A DNA stretch of 64,000 nucleotides, from assembly GCA_002633005.1 (NCBI GenBank), contig NMRA01000434.1, forward strand, positions 27,874 to 91,873, read 5' to 3'. Each line of letters begins with the position of its first letter. The stretch's first letter is position 1. This DNA comes from Phoronis australis (lineage: Eukaryota; Animalia; Phoronida). Position numbers and translations under genes: made by a program. Below are positions 39,301 through 54,300 of this stretch, one piece after another. The notes under the pieces are model-generated. The model was not told the origin of the DNA. It made no database searches and saw only the letters and a list, made by a program, of their open reading frames with translations.

Positions 39301-42300
39301 TCATAGCGAAAAGTGGTCTAAAGCCAAAAGTTATTTTTTGACGTCTATTTAAAGTGGGTTTGATGCCACTTTATCCGAACTATTACAAACTGGCACGGGG
39401 ACATTCGTTTTCATTCAAAAACTCACTTTTCCGGTATAACACCCATGCTCTGGAATAATGAACTACAACCTTGACATGTGAAAATGTGTTTTACAGAATA
39501 AACAGCTGCTCAAAATATTCCTGGCAATAAAAGAAGCAATAAAATGTTGACAATGTCCAACTCAATACAACAAGTCAACAGTTGTCAAGCCAGTCTACTA
39601 AGTTCACTCTTGCTTGTTAAGTCCAGCTAAAAAAAAGAGTATGGCATAGACTGGGTGACACCAGCTCAGGGCAAACAAGTATTTCCTTGACAAGTGTTTA
39701 AATTCCTTGGACAACAGTAAAGCTTAACTGAGCATCACAATGAGAACCAGTAGTAGGATTAAGGAATTGTATTTGTAAAATAATAGACTTGATATGAGGG
39801 ACATACTATGTTCTTTTAATTACAATATTTTTGTTTTCAGTTCAGAGCACAATACGAAGGCCAGAGAATTTCCTACTAAAGTACTATGAAATTACCCAAC
39901 AAAAATACACAAGAATTCCTTAACCAATCATAAACGAAGTTTGTAATTTACAGTTGCATCAACCAGTAAAATGTGGTGTAGCTTCACCAACTTAGAAGGG
40001 AGACGACAGCAAGTAAAATCGTGCACAACACATGAAACCAATACAAGAACGCACTTTACGTAATTGCCAAAATAGCCCTTCAAGGGCATTCGTAATAACC
40101 CAATATTTGCACCTTCAAATGAAACCCCTAATAAACTTGTCATGCTGTATCAATTGATCGAATTAATGTTGTTAACCTTGATGATAAATCTTAGAACTCT
40201 TTGCATGGGGAGCCTAAATCAAATTACCACACTTCACAGCAGGCTATCTTTGAATGTTGCACAAAAAACAGCTAATTATTTCAACAACATGCACCCCCTG
40301 GTGGTTGATCAAAGCTCAAACTGTTGGGAGCCTGGCTCTGCCAAAAGTTATAAACAATCTTTCGTTTATATAATGACAAACCAATTTGCCAGGTGAGTCT
40401 GACAAGCAGCTAACATGTGAGAAAATGTAAATTTATAAAGATTTTTCTTAACTTATTGCGTTGTGGACAATTAGGTATTGAAATCACCTGTAAAAATGCA
40501 AAACATTTTCCTTTAGAATGCCAAACATCGCAGCGAATGTATAGGGTCGCACAGACAACAGTACATGCCAAAACTATTCAGACAAAATGACCCATAATTC
40601 CCTGTAATGGCAGCGGGGCGGAAATCGCATTCATGGTCAGAGTGACCTTATCTTCCTTCAGGATTGAGAATGAAGGGAAATAACAGGAATGTAAGTAAGG
40701 CAGCTTAGCCATTCAGAAATAAGAGTTTTGTCATCATAATAGCTTTTCCTTTGCATTTAACAGATTTAGAAATCATGACAGGGTGTTTTTTTTTTGTTAT
40801 ATTTGTCACGATAACAATGTATAATGCAGGTAGTCAGTGTCAGTCCACTATGTACAACACACACCACTGTTGCTCTGTCAATACTACCGGTAAATACCAT
40901 AATGCTCGCATGCTGGGTGCTATGCATCACAAAATGAAGAGATTTGTATTCAGAAATTAGCCTCTTAAGAAAATAAGTGAATTATGATACATATATTTAA
41001 AAAGGTCAAATGCGTAGAAACCAGCTTTTCGACCACAAGAATTCCTCCCCATGGTTTTTTAAAATGTGCCGTCTAATACACCAACTAGCCAGAAGTATGG
41101 CGTTAATAAATGTGGTGGCTGGAACAGATTGTTCAGTTTATTTTATCAATGCAAACAATAACCGGGAGACAGCTAGTCTCCACTGAATGCACACCAGCAT
41201 GCTAAGCCTTGTTCTCATTAGTCCGCTACCCCACCTAAGGTACACCCTACAGTCAGGAGGTGTGACAGAGTTCATGACAGGAGGCAGGGTATCATGGACA
41301 GGGCACTGCGGGGGCACTGTTGGTTGGTGTTTTCCTGGCAGTACTGCACACATTAGTCCAAGTAATTAGTAAGGCTCCATTAGTAGCAAGGACAACAAAC
41401 CAACATGAACTGAAACACAGTGTTAATCAGACCCATTCATTAGTTGTAGTATGACCCATGGGGCAAAGTTTACCACCAAAACGATTGTGAAAATACAGGG
41501 AGTACGCTAAAATCTCAGACAAAAATATTTAGCAAATTTGATCTTTATTCATTTTCAAGTGTTAGTCAAATGCTGCTGTGAATGCCAACAATTTTTCAAA
41601 ACATTGTCTAACAGTTAATGCTATAGTATAGAATTTTAACATAATAAAGCATTTATTTGGCGATACTAATTATGTTTTAAGAAAAATGAAAAAAACAGAA
41701 TTTCACTTGTCTGCCATATTGTATCAAGATTTTACCACAATGTCATTTCATATAAAACAAAGACTTAATATAATCCTGCCTAATTTGTGTTTTGAAGTTT
41801 CAAAACTACAAATAATTCATCAGTAGCCAGGAAACTGTTTGTTTCCCTTCATTCCACATAAAAATATCCTAAGGCAAAATATGATTGCATCTATTAAATT
41901 CAATAAATCTGACCCCAGAAAGTACATGTACCAATTCTCAGAAAAAATGTTTATTTATGAAAACAAGACAAGTCTAGACCACCATGAGAAAACTTGACAG
42001 TTTGTGAAAATAACTCATTACATGTGATTAAGATGAAAGATCTCGGCAAGGAACAACCACATATGTAGTTTAATGAACTCTGGGGGGGACATAATAAAGT
42101 CAAATGCCTTTTAAAGATCTAGGAGGTCGCTTTGACTGGCAGCAGCAAGTGGTTGTGACCATAATCATATAATGTCAAAGACGAAGATAAAGTAACATGA
42201 CTTACTAAATCAAAAACATACCACACTTCAAATTTAACATTAAGCGTGGTAACAGTTTTATAGATATCTATCACAAATATGAAAAGTGAGATTTAAATGG

Positions 42301-45300
42301 CTTTGTAAAAAAGTTATCTCGGAAACCCCAACATAAATCATGTACCGAAGACATTTCTAAAATCTATTCAGTAAACACCAAGTTCCTTTTGTTCAATACC
42401 CGACAACCATTTTTTCAGTAATCTGAAAATGAAAACCAGAGGTGAGCGACGTTGTCTAACCTCAGGATAATATGTTGCATATTTCTAAATCTTAGAACAT
42501 CCAACAAGGTAGCTGACTTCTTTAATGGTATCCAGGCAGGGAGTGCATGAAAACATGTCTTGTTAAGAAATGTGGCAATGTCTCTACTGAACTCCCTACG
42601 GTTTTTGTTAATGGCAAAAAATAGCAAACCTTAGTTTAAGACAAATTTTGTTAAATTTTGTAATCTACTAGCAGAAAACGTGATTGAATTTCCTGTACAA
42701 AAAAAAAACGGGACTGCAGAACACAGAATGTCTTAGATCACACAAAGACAATTTATAAATGCCTTTTAAGATTTTGAGTACATATCACAAACACCTTTGA
42801 AATAGTAGAAATCAACATTGCACTTACCTATCTGAACCAGATGAGGCATTTAACTGTTTAAAGCTACCAGACCAGACTCAAGTGGGACATGCATTGTTCC
42901 AGAGCTTTTTAACTTTTGTACAAAACGATAATGTACTTAAGGGTATCTCAAACCTTATTCACAAAAACTGGCCATTTTTACAATATTTCACTTGTCTAAC
43001 AAAATACCTTATCTTCATTCTGGGGGAACTTTAAATAAAAATATACACTGCGTAGCAAGAAAAAGATTTAGCACAACCACCATGGAACCGCACAACCGTG
43101 TGAGTATTTGTTTATTACTTATCCAAGGTCAAAGGTTACAGGGCTATCACTCAAATCGAATCTCCCGCCAGGTACGGTCAGAGCAGCTCCGTATGTACAT
43201 TCAGTCCTTTCATTCAGTCATTATAACATTGAGTCCACGAGGTGTACACATGATAAAATGGTGCCGGGGAAAACAAAGACAAAATGTAGCTTTGATCCTG
43301 ATGGAGTTGCATGTCTACATGCATACCACGGTTGTGAACGAATGCTCCGAGTTGCCTCACACCTCTGTGACTCTGCAGTCACAAACACAGCAAGTTGCGA
43401 AAAGAGATTAATCCTAACCCAAATTCCCTAATTCAACAGGTAATTTGGCATTTCGCTGTTTCGATCTCATACTTACAACGTGCTTCAGCTGACTGGATTT
43501 CTGTTATCTATTTCTTACTTGGTTTTGTATCAGTCTCTCAGAGTGTGGTGTGTATAACAATGAACTGTTGAACTACTTTTAAGTAGGTCAACAGTTGATC
43601 CTACCTCTTGGCTGGAGATGGTACGTTTTAGCAATAACCAAGTAAATTATCCACTGCAAATTTAGTTGACATTGGGAGTGAATGTGAATGTGGAAATGGC
43701 AAACATGATCGTAAAGCATGTATAGGTTATACTGACCGAAAACAAGTTTTCACCGAACCAAAGACCTTGAGATTTTCACTCGTCCCAGTTTAATTGGCTT
43801 TTTCTCGGCTCCGGCAAATCGAATTAATTTGAACTTAGGAACACGAGTTCTCGAAAGCAGATCAGTGGATTTCACTGAAACTTTCCAAATTTATTCATCA
43901 ATCTAAAAAACACTGTTAGGATTTTCGATATAAGGACCTAGTTTTTGCGTAATGTAACAAAGACAAATAAGATTTCTATTTTTTACAAAAATATCTTAAG
44001 TTTTGCGAGTTGAGATAACCTTAAACAAGGAACAAGATTTCTAATATTATGTAATAACGTTTTTGTATTCAACATCACAATTAACAAAAATTATGATCTC
44101 TGACACGATAAACAATTATTAAATGTACCCATGATAGACAGTGTACCCATGATAGACAATGTACCCAAGATATTCTTGAAATAAACAAGCATTGAAGTTT
44201 TACAAGTACCTGTAAGTCTCAAACGCAAACAACCTGCACTGCATATGTGCCATTTTGTTTACTGAACTGCACATGCGCAAAATGTTGCTTCCTTGAATGC
44301 AAGAAGTAATAAATTGAAGAAACAGAGTAAGCAGACAACTCAAGTGTTCAGTTTTAAAAGTTCATGAATTTGAAGCAGAAACATAATGAGATATTATTGA
44401 AAATTTAATTCCATTAAATTACTAGTCAGGAAATCACAACTTCTAGAGACGTGCTATCAGAAACATTGAGTTGTTGTGTGTTGCTCATGGGTATACACAA
44501 TTTGGTAAGCCAACTCAGTGAGTTGTCTTCTGTAGCTTATGACAGCATTCAAAATCCCAAGAAAATGTTTTATTACATTGTCTAGGCTTTTGCAGGAATA
44601 CTATGAAATTTATACAAAAGTGTACCATAGAGTGAAAAGGTGTCAATCGTGAATAGGCCTATGGCTACACCTACACCAAAGCACTGAAAATGTTTCATAT
44701 GAAAGTTAATCTTTATCGCCATAGTGGGTAGTGGAGTTAATATACAAACGTGCTCAATTCAATAAATCAAATTAACATAGTCTAGACTACATTAACGCAT
44801 ATCAAAAGTGTTTCAATACAACTTTGCACATTCAATGGGAACACAACAAACGTATCATTTAAAATCAGAGCTGATTAGAAACACAATAAAAATTTGTTCT
44901 GTCGGCAAAAAAATTCACAATGAAGGTATTATACTTTCAATTCTAATTTAATTTAACCATAGCCTTCAGGATAAATAAAACGATACATGTCAAAGGGTTT
45001 CCTAATATGTTTTTGAACCAAGGAAATCAATTTAAGTAAATAACTTTAAATTTTAAGTATCACAAGTTATCCTTTGGGGCAAATGAAATATAACATGACA
45101 CTTACTTTTTTCAATTACAATAGCCAGATAGATTGCAAGCATCAAATTATGATCACAGGAAGAATCATTTGATCGTTCCAGCACATAATTTTGATACAGC
45201 ACATCCGCCAAGGTAACTTATGGCATCAAAAAGTCCCAAGGCTCTATATAAAAGACAGACACCTTAAAATGAATTCAGTGACAAGAAAAGTGAACTCATA

Positions 45301-48300
45301 TGTTGTAGGTCTAAACACAACTGTTGAACATGACAGTGCTGACACCAAGTGGTCACAACAAATTCCCATCAAGACCCTTGAGAATATAAACAAAGGCACT
45401 ATCTCTTTCTTGCCAATGAAAACACCATTAGACTGAACTCAAAGAAAAGTGTCTCTGTGCATGGAACAAATACACAGTTGGACTTACTGAGTTCACAGAA
45501 TCTGACAACTCAAAATGGTCATTTTTAAAACAGCTATAAACCCGCCTTCCAAAATCAAATAACTTGGATCACTTATAGACATAAAATGGTCTCAACTAGT
45601 TTCTCACTGACAGACCAGGGGGTGAGTTCAGGTCTTCAAAAGAACTGACAGTCTAACAAGTTAGGTCACTTCATACCCTGGTCATGGTCTTAAGCAATAA
45701 TGAATTGTGAGTTCCCAGCACAGAGAATATTTTTTGGCAGTTAAAAGTTCGTTTCTTGGACGGGACACAGGTTCATAGGCACTTAAAGGCGAAGGCAACC
45801 TTTTTCCATGTCATTTTGAGCTAAAATAAGGTTGATTGGTTATCCTAGACATATTTTCCACTTAATTACAGCTTTTCGTAATTTTATTAATTACTCGTCC
45901 GCAACTGCGGAAGTGACGTTTTAGGAGGCAAGCATTTCGCGCCAATTTCTTTTCATATAGTCTGACGGTGAGAGCTGCCGAGTCAGTCATTGTTCTACCT
46001 CGGTTGTGTTAAGTTCCGCCGTCGTTTGCTTTCATTTACTAGTAGGTCAACATACCACACTGTTGCTGCGTACCAGAATGTACTAGTTATCGGCTCACGC
46101 GTGCTTTGGGAGTACCTTTGCATCGCTTTCCGATGGATGACACACTTCGCCGTACTTGGCTCGTTCGTGTGAAGAACGCAGCATTACCCGTCCACGCAAC
46201 GTACAAAGCAGTGGAGAATTACCGTGTGTGTGGCAAGCACTTTCTGCCCTCCGGTTACGAAAGGGACTTGTNNNNNNNNNNNNNNNNNNNNNNNNNNNNN
46301 NNNNNNNNNNNNNNNNNNNNNNNNNNNNNNNNNNNNNNNNNNNGTCGTGTGACTCCCTCGCCACACACCTGGCACCTTCTAAATATACAAGTCCACAATA
46401 AACTTATCAAAGTTTGGCTCACCGATCTGTTCACTGAACGACAAACTGTCCTCTTCACTGGGTGTCGATCCTGGGCCTTTAATCACTCCCACTACTCAAT
46501 ATCGCTGCAGGGCTGCTTAGAGGCTCTGGGCTGGAGAAAACAGCACAGGGCGAATCACTACTGGTTTCAGGAATTGCACGCTCTGGGGTACGTTCGGAGG
46601 CACAGGTGACAGTAGATGAAGTGCCTCAACTGGCTCCAGTCACTTTACTGGCCACAGCTCGCGAGGCTTCTCGCTTCAAAAAAGCACTTCTCGGGGGTGG
46701 CGACGGGGCACTGCCGGGAATCAACACAGACGGAATGGCATCCTTCTTCAGGCGTTGTTTCGCAGGGACCTTCGTCAGTTCAGCGTACAAATCCCTTTCG
46801 TAAGCGGAGGGCAAAAAGTGCTTGCCACACACACGGTAATTCGCCACTGCTTTGTACATGTACGTTACGTGGACGGGTAACGCTGCCTTCTGCACACGAA
46901 CGAGCCAAGTACGGCGAAGTCTGTCATCCATCGGAAAGCGATGCAAAGGTACTCCCAAAGCGCGCGTGAGTCGATAATTAGTACAGTCCGGTACGCAGCA
47001 ACAGTGTGGCATCTTGACTGACTAGTAAATGAAAGCAAACGACGACGGAACTTAACACAACCGAGGTAGAACAATGACTGACTCGGCAGCTCTCACAGTC
47101 AGACTATATGAAAAGAAATTGGCGCGAAATGCTTGCCTCCTAAAACGTCACTTCCGCAGTAGCGGACGAGTAATTAATAAAATTACGAAAAGCTGTAATT
47201 AAGTGGAAAATATGTCTAGGATAACCAACCAACCTTATTTTAGCTCAAAATGACATGGAAAAAGGTTGCCTTCGCCTTTAAGTGAAACTTAATTTAACTG
47301 CGAATGTTCAACATGCCCTGATGTGTTATTTGTCCATCTTGGGCTGATAATGAAAAGAAACACCAACGACTCAGAATTTAATTGCCAAAAAGTATGTTTT
47401 CCCCCATCACAATTAAGCTAAGAAATCAATAATTGAGGTGAGCTATCAAATTAATGCATTTTACTTGCACATTTATGTATTAACCAGGTGTGTCCTGTGT
47501 GTCCCGGTAATAGGGTTGTGGTTTGTTTACAGACCCCACCACACTTTACTTACAGCTCATCTGCCCACTATTCACTCACCACTTCTTCTGCAGTGAGTCA
47601 ATAAAGCAGTCACACTCACAAACAAGTTTATTACCATTGTGAAACCTCGGTTACACGCAATGTCGTCTCGCAATGCGTCTCGCACAACTAAAGCCCAGGT
47701 TCTGGAGACTCTGTGACCACTTACCCAGATTCAGTTGCAGTGCGTGCAAAAACTTGGCTTCAAAACAATCGATTTACATATGGCAACAATCATCATTAAA
47801 TTTGTACATGTTTGTTGGCATACTTAACTGTTGTTTCACAGCATCTACCAAGTGCCTGTGACCAATTCACCAATATCAGATGCAGCAAACTGATGACAAA
47901 CTTTCGAAGTACAGAGCGATGATAGTGAACTGTGGGGTTCATGGGAATATACCAAATGCACAAAAATGAAATAAAAGATATTTTAATATAATAAAAGGTG
48001 TGGGAGCTTATATGCACGTCTTGTCTGTGCATTTAGCCAAATTTCTATAAAGCCATAGAATATATATTTTCTAAAAATTGGAAAACCTGTAGAATTTGAT
48101 TTTTGACTCGATACCATTATAACATTGCTTGGGCCACGTGACCATGTCTTTTTAGTAAACTTGAGCAAAAAACAAAGGTAGATTCATAGCGAAACAGCAG
48201 TATCAATAAAATGATAAATTTCATTTTAATATACATCTTCGAGATGAAATCTCAAAAACTGAGTATTACAGTTTCCTAAATAATCAAAATAATTTGGTTT

Positions 48301-51300
48301 GGGTTTTATGCCATTTATGATTTTTTCCATAAAAATCCTATACTTTTAAAAGCAATTCTTAACAGCATATTCAAGAGCAGTAATGTACAGCTTTACATGA
48401 ATATAATCAATCATTTCTGAGATACAATGTTCTGAAGTTAAACATATTTGAATATTTTTCTTGGGTTATAACTAATCTACAAATATGCTGTAAACAAAGT
48501 CTAAAGGTTGTTAACTGGTATATTACGGGTAGTTTTGCTCAGGAAGTGTAGTTGTCAATATTTGAAAATATAAAACTGGGACATTTGGATGTAGGCCAAA
48601 AAACAACACTCAGTCTAGCATGTGAAATAGAATGGGAAATGGGGGTAAATCATACAGAAATGCAATGAGCATTTTGATGGTGTGGCGGAACACGAGACAA
48701 AATCCAGAATGGCAGACAGTCTAGCTAAAACCGAGTCAGTTAGCAACTAGTGCGCAACTCAAAAGGGATTTTCCTGTCTCTTGCATTATCTCAGGTGAGT
48801 ATTTTGGCTTGGTGGTCTCCTCTCGAGTACGAATCTGGGATATATTCAGGTATCATCTCACCAGGGTAAACCAAAATTGTAGCTACCTGAATGCTGAGAA
48901 CACAGGTAAGGATTTTCATGAAATGATAATGTCTTAAGAACACATTTCCCGGGTTGCTAAAGCCTTATATTGATCTGAATTTGTAACGGCAACCCCTTAG
49001 CCATTACGTTGAAGAGGACCTGACAAACTTTTGAAGGATCACAAAGCTTTTTTAAGTTTTAACAAGAGATGAAGACTGAACCAAATGAAAAAATCACTAA
49101 AGGAAGGCCACAAAACAAGAGCAATGTATGGTTAACAAGAGCCTAGTTCCATAAAAACATGCCGTCTTCGCGTGAATGGCAAGTCAGTGGAGTCATAAAT
49201 ATTTCCCAACAATTAGTCATTGAAAATCAATGTTTCTCATCTCTTCCAGGAGTTTTGCTCATAACAGCAGGATTACGCAGAAATGTGCAAATTACTATAG
49301 TTATATATGACAACAACATTCCATACACCGTGACTCAAAAAACTAATCCATAAAAATTTTAATTAATCCTTCATTAATCCACTCACTGTTTTCTAATTTG
49401 TCAGACTAAAACTTAAGTCTATGGATGAGTATTCCACAAAAAGGATACAAGCCAGTGTGCCAATTGTTTTGCCCTTTTCCAAAGAATAAGAATTCAGAGT
49501 GTTACAAAAAAACTTTGTGTACTAATATTTCCATTTGTATTTCATCAGTGTTAAGTTGTCAATGTTGAATTCTTGTTGCGGAATGAGTTGGCAGCTCCAA
49601 TCAAACGCAATCTGTAGATTCGTCATTTCTGAATTTATAATTTCAGGGTTGGTCAATTCTAGTAAACTCTGAAGTGTTTGTTTTTAAGTTGCTGATGGTT
49701 TTGATATCTTTGATGAAAATCAAGTCTTATCATGATTACGAATATTTAGGACTATCATGGGACTAATTTTATGAGTTTAAGTAGCCTCGTTTATTTTTAA
49801 TTTTTAACAGCCAAATATGGCAATTTTTTAAATCAAATTTCAAGCATTCAAATGTTATTTTTACAACAGGGTCAGGTAACAAAATATGTCCATTTCAATT
49901 AAACATTTTTCAAACAAGACTCTTGAATCGGATGTCACACAAGAACAACAAAAACTTCAGTGAAAAATGACAACAGTACCCATGGCTGAAGTCTGTGATG
50001 TCACTTGTAATATCCCTTGACCAACAATGAGGACTTACTGAAAACTTTAAAATGAATGATGAATGTGCAAGAATACTTTTTCTCGAAAAAAGAACATTAA
50101 AACAGCACCATGTTCAAAAAAATTGGTTTGGTTCGTGTTCAGGGTAGGACCCTTTAAATGTTTTTAATAATGTTCCAAATTACACACAGGAAAACCATGA
50201 ACCAAAGAAGAGTTCATTAGTTGATGCAAGGGAGGATTCATGACTTTAAAATTTAAGACCTGTCTCCACACTGTGATTGTTCATGTAAGTTTCCTATACG
50301 ACTGTCACATACAACTAATCACCGTGTGTTCAATAGTTGTTGCCAGACCATTTTTTTTAGATTAAAAAGTTGTGTACCAAATGTCCCATATGAAAAGTAA
50401 GCAGGAATTCCTGAAACCAGTCTCCGGACTGTCCAAACAGACACCCTTGCCAGGACACCTTAGTCAGCATATGGACGCCAAAGTAAGGAAGAAATTATTG
50501 ATGTCTCTTTTTACTTGCTAACAGCAGCTGTGGTAACTAATTGTCCTGGCCAGAATAAAAAAGTTATTGAAGATATGTTGTAAGGAACAATAAACTTCAT
50601 TGCAACTCAGGTCTCTACAACAACACAACACACTGTAACAGCAATTTTCTATGGGTTATGGATGCCCTGAGAAATAGGAAAACCCATTTCGGACACATTT
50701 AATTTCTGAAATCCTTTATAAACGCGGGCTGTGCAGACAGGTCTTTATTCTTTACTGTTAGCATAAGTCCTCACCTGTCCTTCCTAACTCAATTAGAAAT
50801 GATTAAAAAGAAACCACTAATCAAATTGACATGTCTTATACCAAATTGACTTTTTTGCTATGTACAACTGGGCAATTTTGAAACAAAACCAGGCGTACAA
50901 TTTTTAGTACAAAAAACTAAGAATGTTCTGTGAGCACACACCACGTTTCCCCCCAGACATCGGTTCTTTGAACCGTTATTGTTTAATGCTGCTTTCTATT
51001 AAACCCATCAACTGCTTGCACTGGGTAATTAACGCTTAAAGAAATGGAACTCATTTATAGGCTGTTCAAAGACTTTAGATTTGTCCTCTAGCCAAATCTT
51101 TGGAATGGACCAACAGTGATTAACACAAAAAGCATTTGAATTAACACAGACAGACAGTTTGTGGTCACAGATAAGTATAGCCAAGGTATTTATAAAACAG
51201 TATCTGTGTAAATGAATTTCTATCAAAACCTTACTGTTAAACAAAAGCAAACATGCAGGGTCAAAGAAATGTACATTAAGACCACTGCTAAGGCTAAGCT

Positions 51301-54300
51301 TGTAAAATCAAAGTACAGTTACAATGAGCACCAAACATGTTTGCGAGTATGAATTCAAAATAGGAAATAAAGTAACCAGGGATGCTGCATCTAGACACAA
51401 TGTAGAGTGTTTTATGTCCTCAACAAATGAAAACGACATCAATAATTCATAAAGCACAAAATACATGTTGCGTGCACAACAAAGTAGACATAGTGGAGCA
51501 CAGCATGCATGGAACAAACCACCAACTCACAGCACACTTGAGTATGAAGAGGCCAGTGAGAGCATTTGATCAGACCAAGATATGACAGACCCACAATGGT
51601 AGGCTGGCAGCAACTGGCAGATTGTGAGACTGTAGCAGGCCACTTTACTGGTGGCCTGTAGAGTGGTCTAAAGCACATGGGCACTAGATGGCAATTCTTC
51701 ATTCTCGCAACTCAGTGTTCCATTTTTTACAAATGCTCAAAATTTAACAAAGTATTTTACAATGGCAACTGTAGTACAAAATCTGAGAACAACTGAGTAA
51801 AAATTTCATTTCATTAATTATTATTGAAAATTTTTAGAAAACAAAATTTAACTTGTCCATCAGACTTGTGTTTAAACCATCATACACTCAACAACAAACT
51901 GTTAAATATAGTCATTCTTCATACAAAAATATTTGCCAAAACTGTCCGCTGTCATTTCTCCATTTTTTTAAATTATGGCTTCCCATCATATTGCTACAAA
52001 ACACATGTACATAAACAAACCCTAGAATGGTGGAGAATTTTAGATGGGCTTATTTCGCGTCATTAGCGCATAAAAATTTTCATTGATGCCTGGACATTGC
52101 TCAACTCGGGCCAAAGGGTTCATTAAAATTATGTCATAATCGCACCTTATTTTGTCTAGAATAACACATGTTGTATTCAACTTCTAACACAAGGGCAATG
52201 CTGAACAGCTGACCAAAACTAATGTCAGCGACCAACAGTGAATAACAATGTTATCGATATGGGGTCTAGCGGATTGTGAAAATACAGATTGTGGATTTAT
52301 GTGTTTGATTAAATTGAACTCCAGTTAGCATTTTAGGCAATCAATAATCGCTGCGTAACAGAGGTAGGAGACCAGCTTAAACATGTTTTACTACTAAAAT
52401 TTGAATCTGTCCCAAAAAAATCAACTCCAAAAAGGACATAAAACACTACAGTGACTCAAAAGTTCTCTAAATTGGTCCGAACTGTTGACGCCTTGTGGGC
52501 CAATTTGACACAAACCCCATTTTTCTCTGAAATGAACCCTAGACAGTACAGTAAACATTCTTAAGTTGCTTTTGCTAAGAAATTGACAAAACATTCCCTT
52601 CGTCTGAAGCAATGTGTGCTAAACAGGTCACATGTGAACATTTCAGTAGAGCTTCAACATTCCGTCTTTTTTCATACAATACAGCTTTTCATAGTGTTCG
52701 CCATACCAATCTACAATACAACAGCACATGCATTTCCCTTCAGACAAAGAATTTCACCCATAACCATACTTATCAATTCTGAGAATCACACACTTTTACA
52801 ACATTCTTAGACAGGTAGGGTAGTTCTCCACTTGTTTCATCTAAAAATTATTGCCAAAATTGTCATATTTCACCACATTACAATCCATACTTGTAATAAA
52901 CTAAAATGTCCTTGATCTTTACTTTTGTGGAGAAACAACAAAACAAAATTTCACTTGTTGGCTGTATTGTATGCTAAAGAAGTGACAAATTACAGTATGT
53001 ACCATAACTTCTCTAGCTATTGAAATTGCTGGTCCTTGTATTGAATGGCTCGTCCTAATATCATAATGCTGATACTGTAGCTGGTTTTCTATGCCAGATA
53101 AAAGTTCATCACTTTCAATCTAATGTTTGTAACAGTGATTTGGTTACATACAACAGCTTAATTAATTGCTATTTTAATTAATTGATATTTAATTTCTCTT
53201 TTCAGTACATACCAGCACTACAGGTTGTACAATACTTGGTAACACACCCTTAACAACTGGTATAATATAAACGATAATAAAAATAATAAAGATACCAGTA
53301 TTATTAATAATAATAGTACATTCCTACAATACAAAATATAAATACGTTGCTGTGAAAAATTAATGCATCTATTATGAATCCAGTATGGGCTGACACGAAT
53401 TAACTGGGTGGGGTTAACATTACAATTTATATAAGCAGTGCAAGGCATTATTTATCTACGAATACTTTTTAACACTTATAAAAATGCCTCTCGATACAAT
53501 CTTATCTTTAATCTTAAATAACTTGCCAATGTAAAGCTTGTTGGTCTGAATAAGTCAACAAATGATAGAACCATAACTCCGCTCTGTAAACATTGCTTCA
53601 TTAACCTCAGATATGGCTGTGTTAAGCTCCCCCATACCTCAGTCCTGTTGTTTAGTTCATGTCTTTTGAATATAAATTTGATACGATAATCTTACCTTTT
53701 CAAATCGACAAACAAAACTTGATATTAACAGGGAAATGTGTTTACATAAAAACCTTAACATCTGACAGAATGTCAACACTAGCAATCATTTCACACCCGG
53801 GTTTAACCTGTTATTTTTCAAACATAAAACATTCTCAGCAATGCTTTGACAAACTATAGTCACCACAAATTAGACTAATAGATATTATTTAGGCAACATG
53901 ATCAGATGACTATATGATGCTGGTGACCCCTACCCCACGTCTCCTACTTATCCAAGCATAGCACTTGAGCCAGCGTCACTAACAAGGGTCATTGGCCTGA
54001 ACCCGCACTGGGAGTTAGACAGCACCCTGAGGGACATCAGTAGCCTCGTTGCGACACGTTCAACATCAGGTCCCGCAGGATGAACTTTAAATCTGAGGGC
54101 TTTCAAAATGGCAAACAGATCAATGTAAAACGACTACTTAAAATAAATTAGATCTTTGTCACCACGGCATTTTATTAACGTCAATATTTATGTTGAACTT
54201 GAGCAGGTAAATCTCTATGAGATGAGTCAGAATGAATTAAACTGCTTCTGTGGCTGCCACTCATCCCCCAAACTACAGGAAACACAGGGGTAATCCAGTG

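Larger units (their letters stand above)
45787..47277. mobile_element. Kolobok-like non-autonomous fold-back DNA transposon with at least 485-bp inverted arms
   Basis: TTAA on both flanks (45783-45786 and 47278-47281) and AG...CT termini. Arms 45787-46271 and about 46787-47277 are near-perfect reverse complements, each with THAP-coding sequence. An N-gap lies at 46272-46343. Confidence 0.85.
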
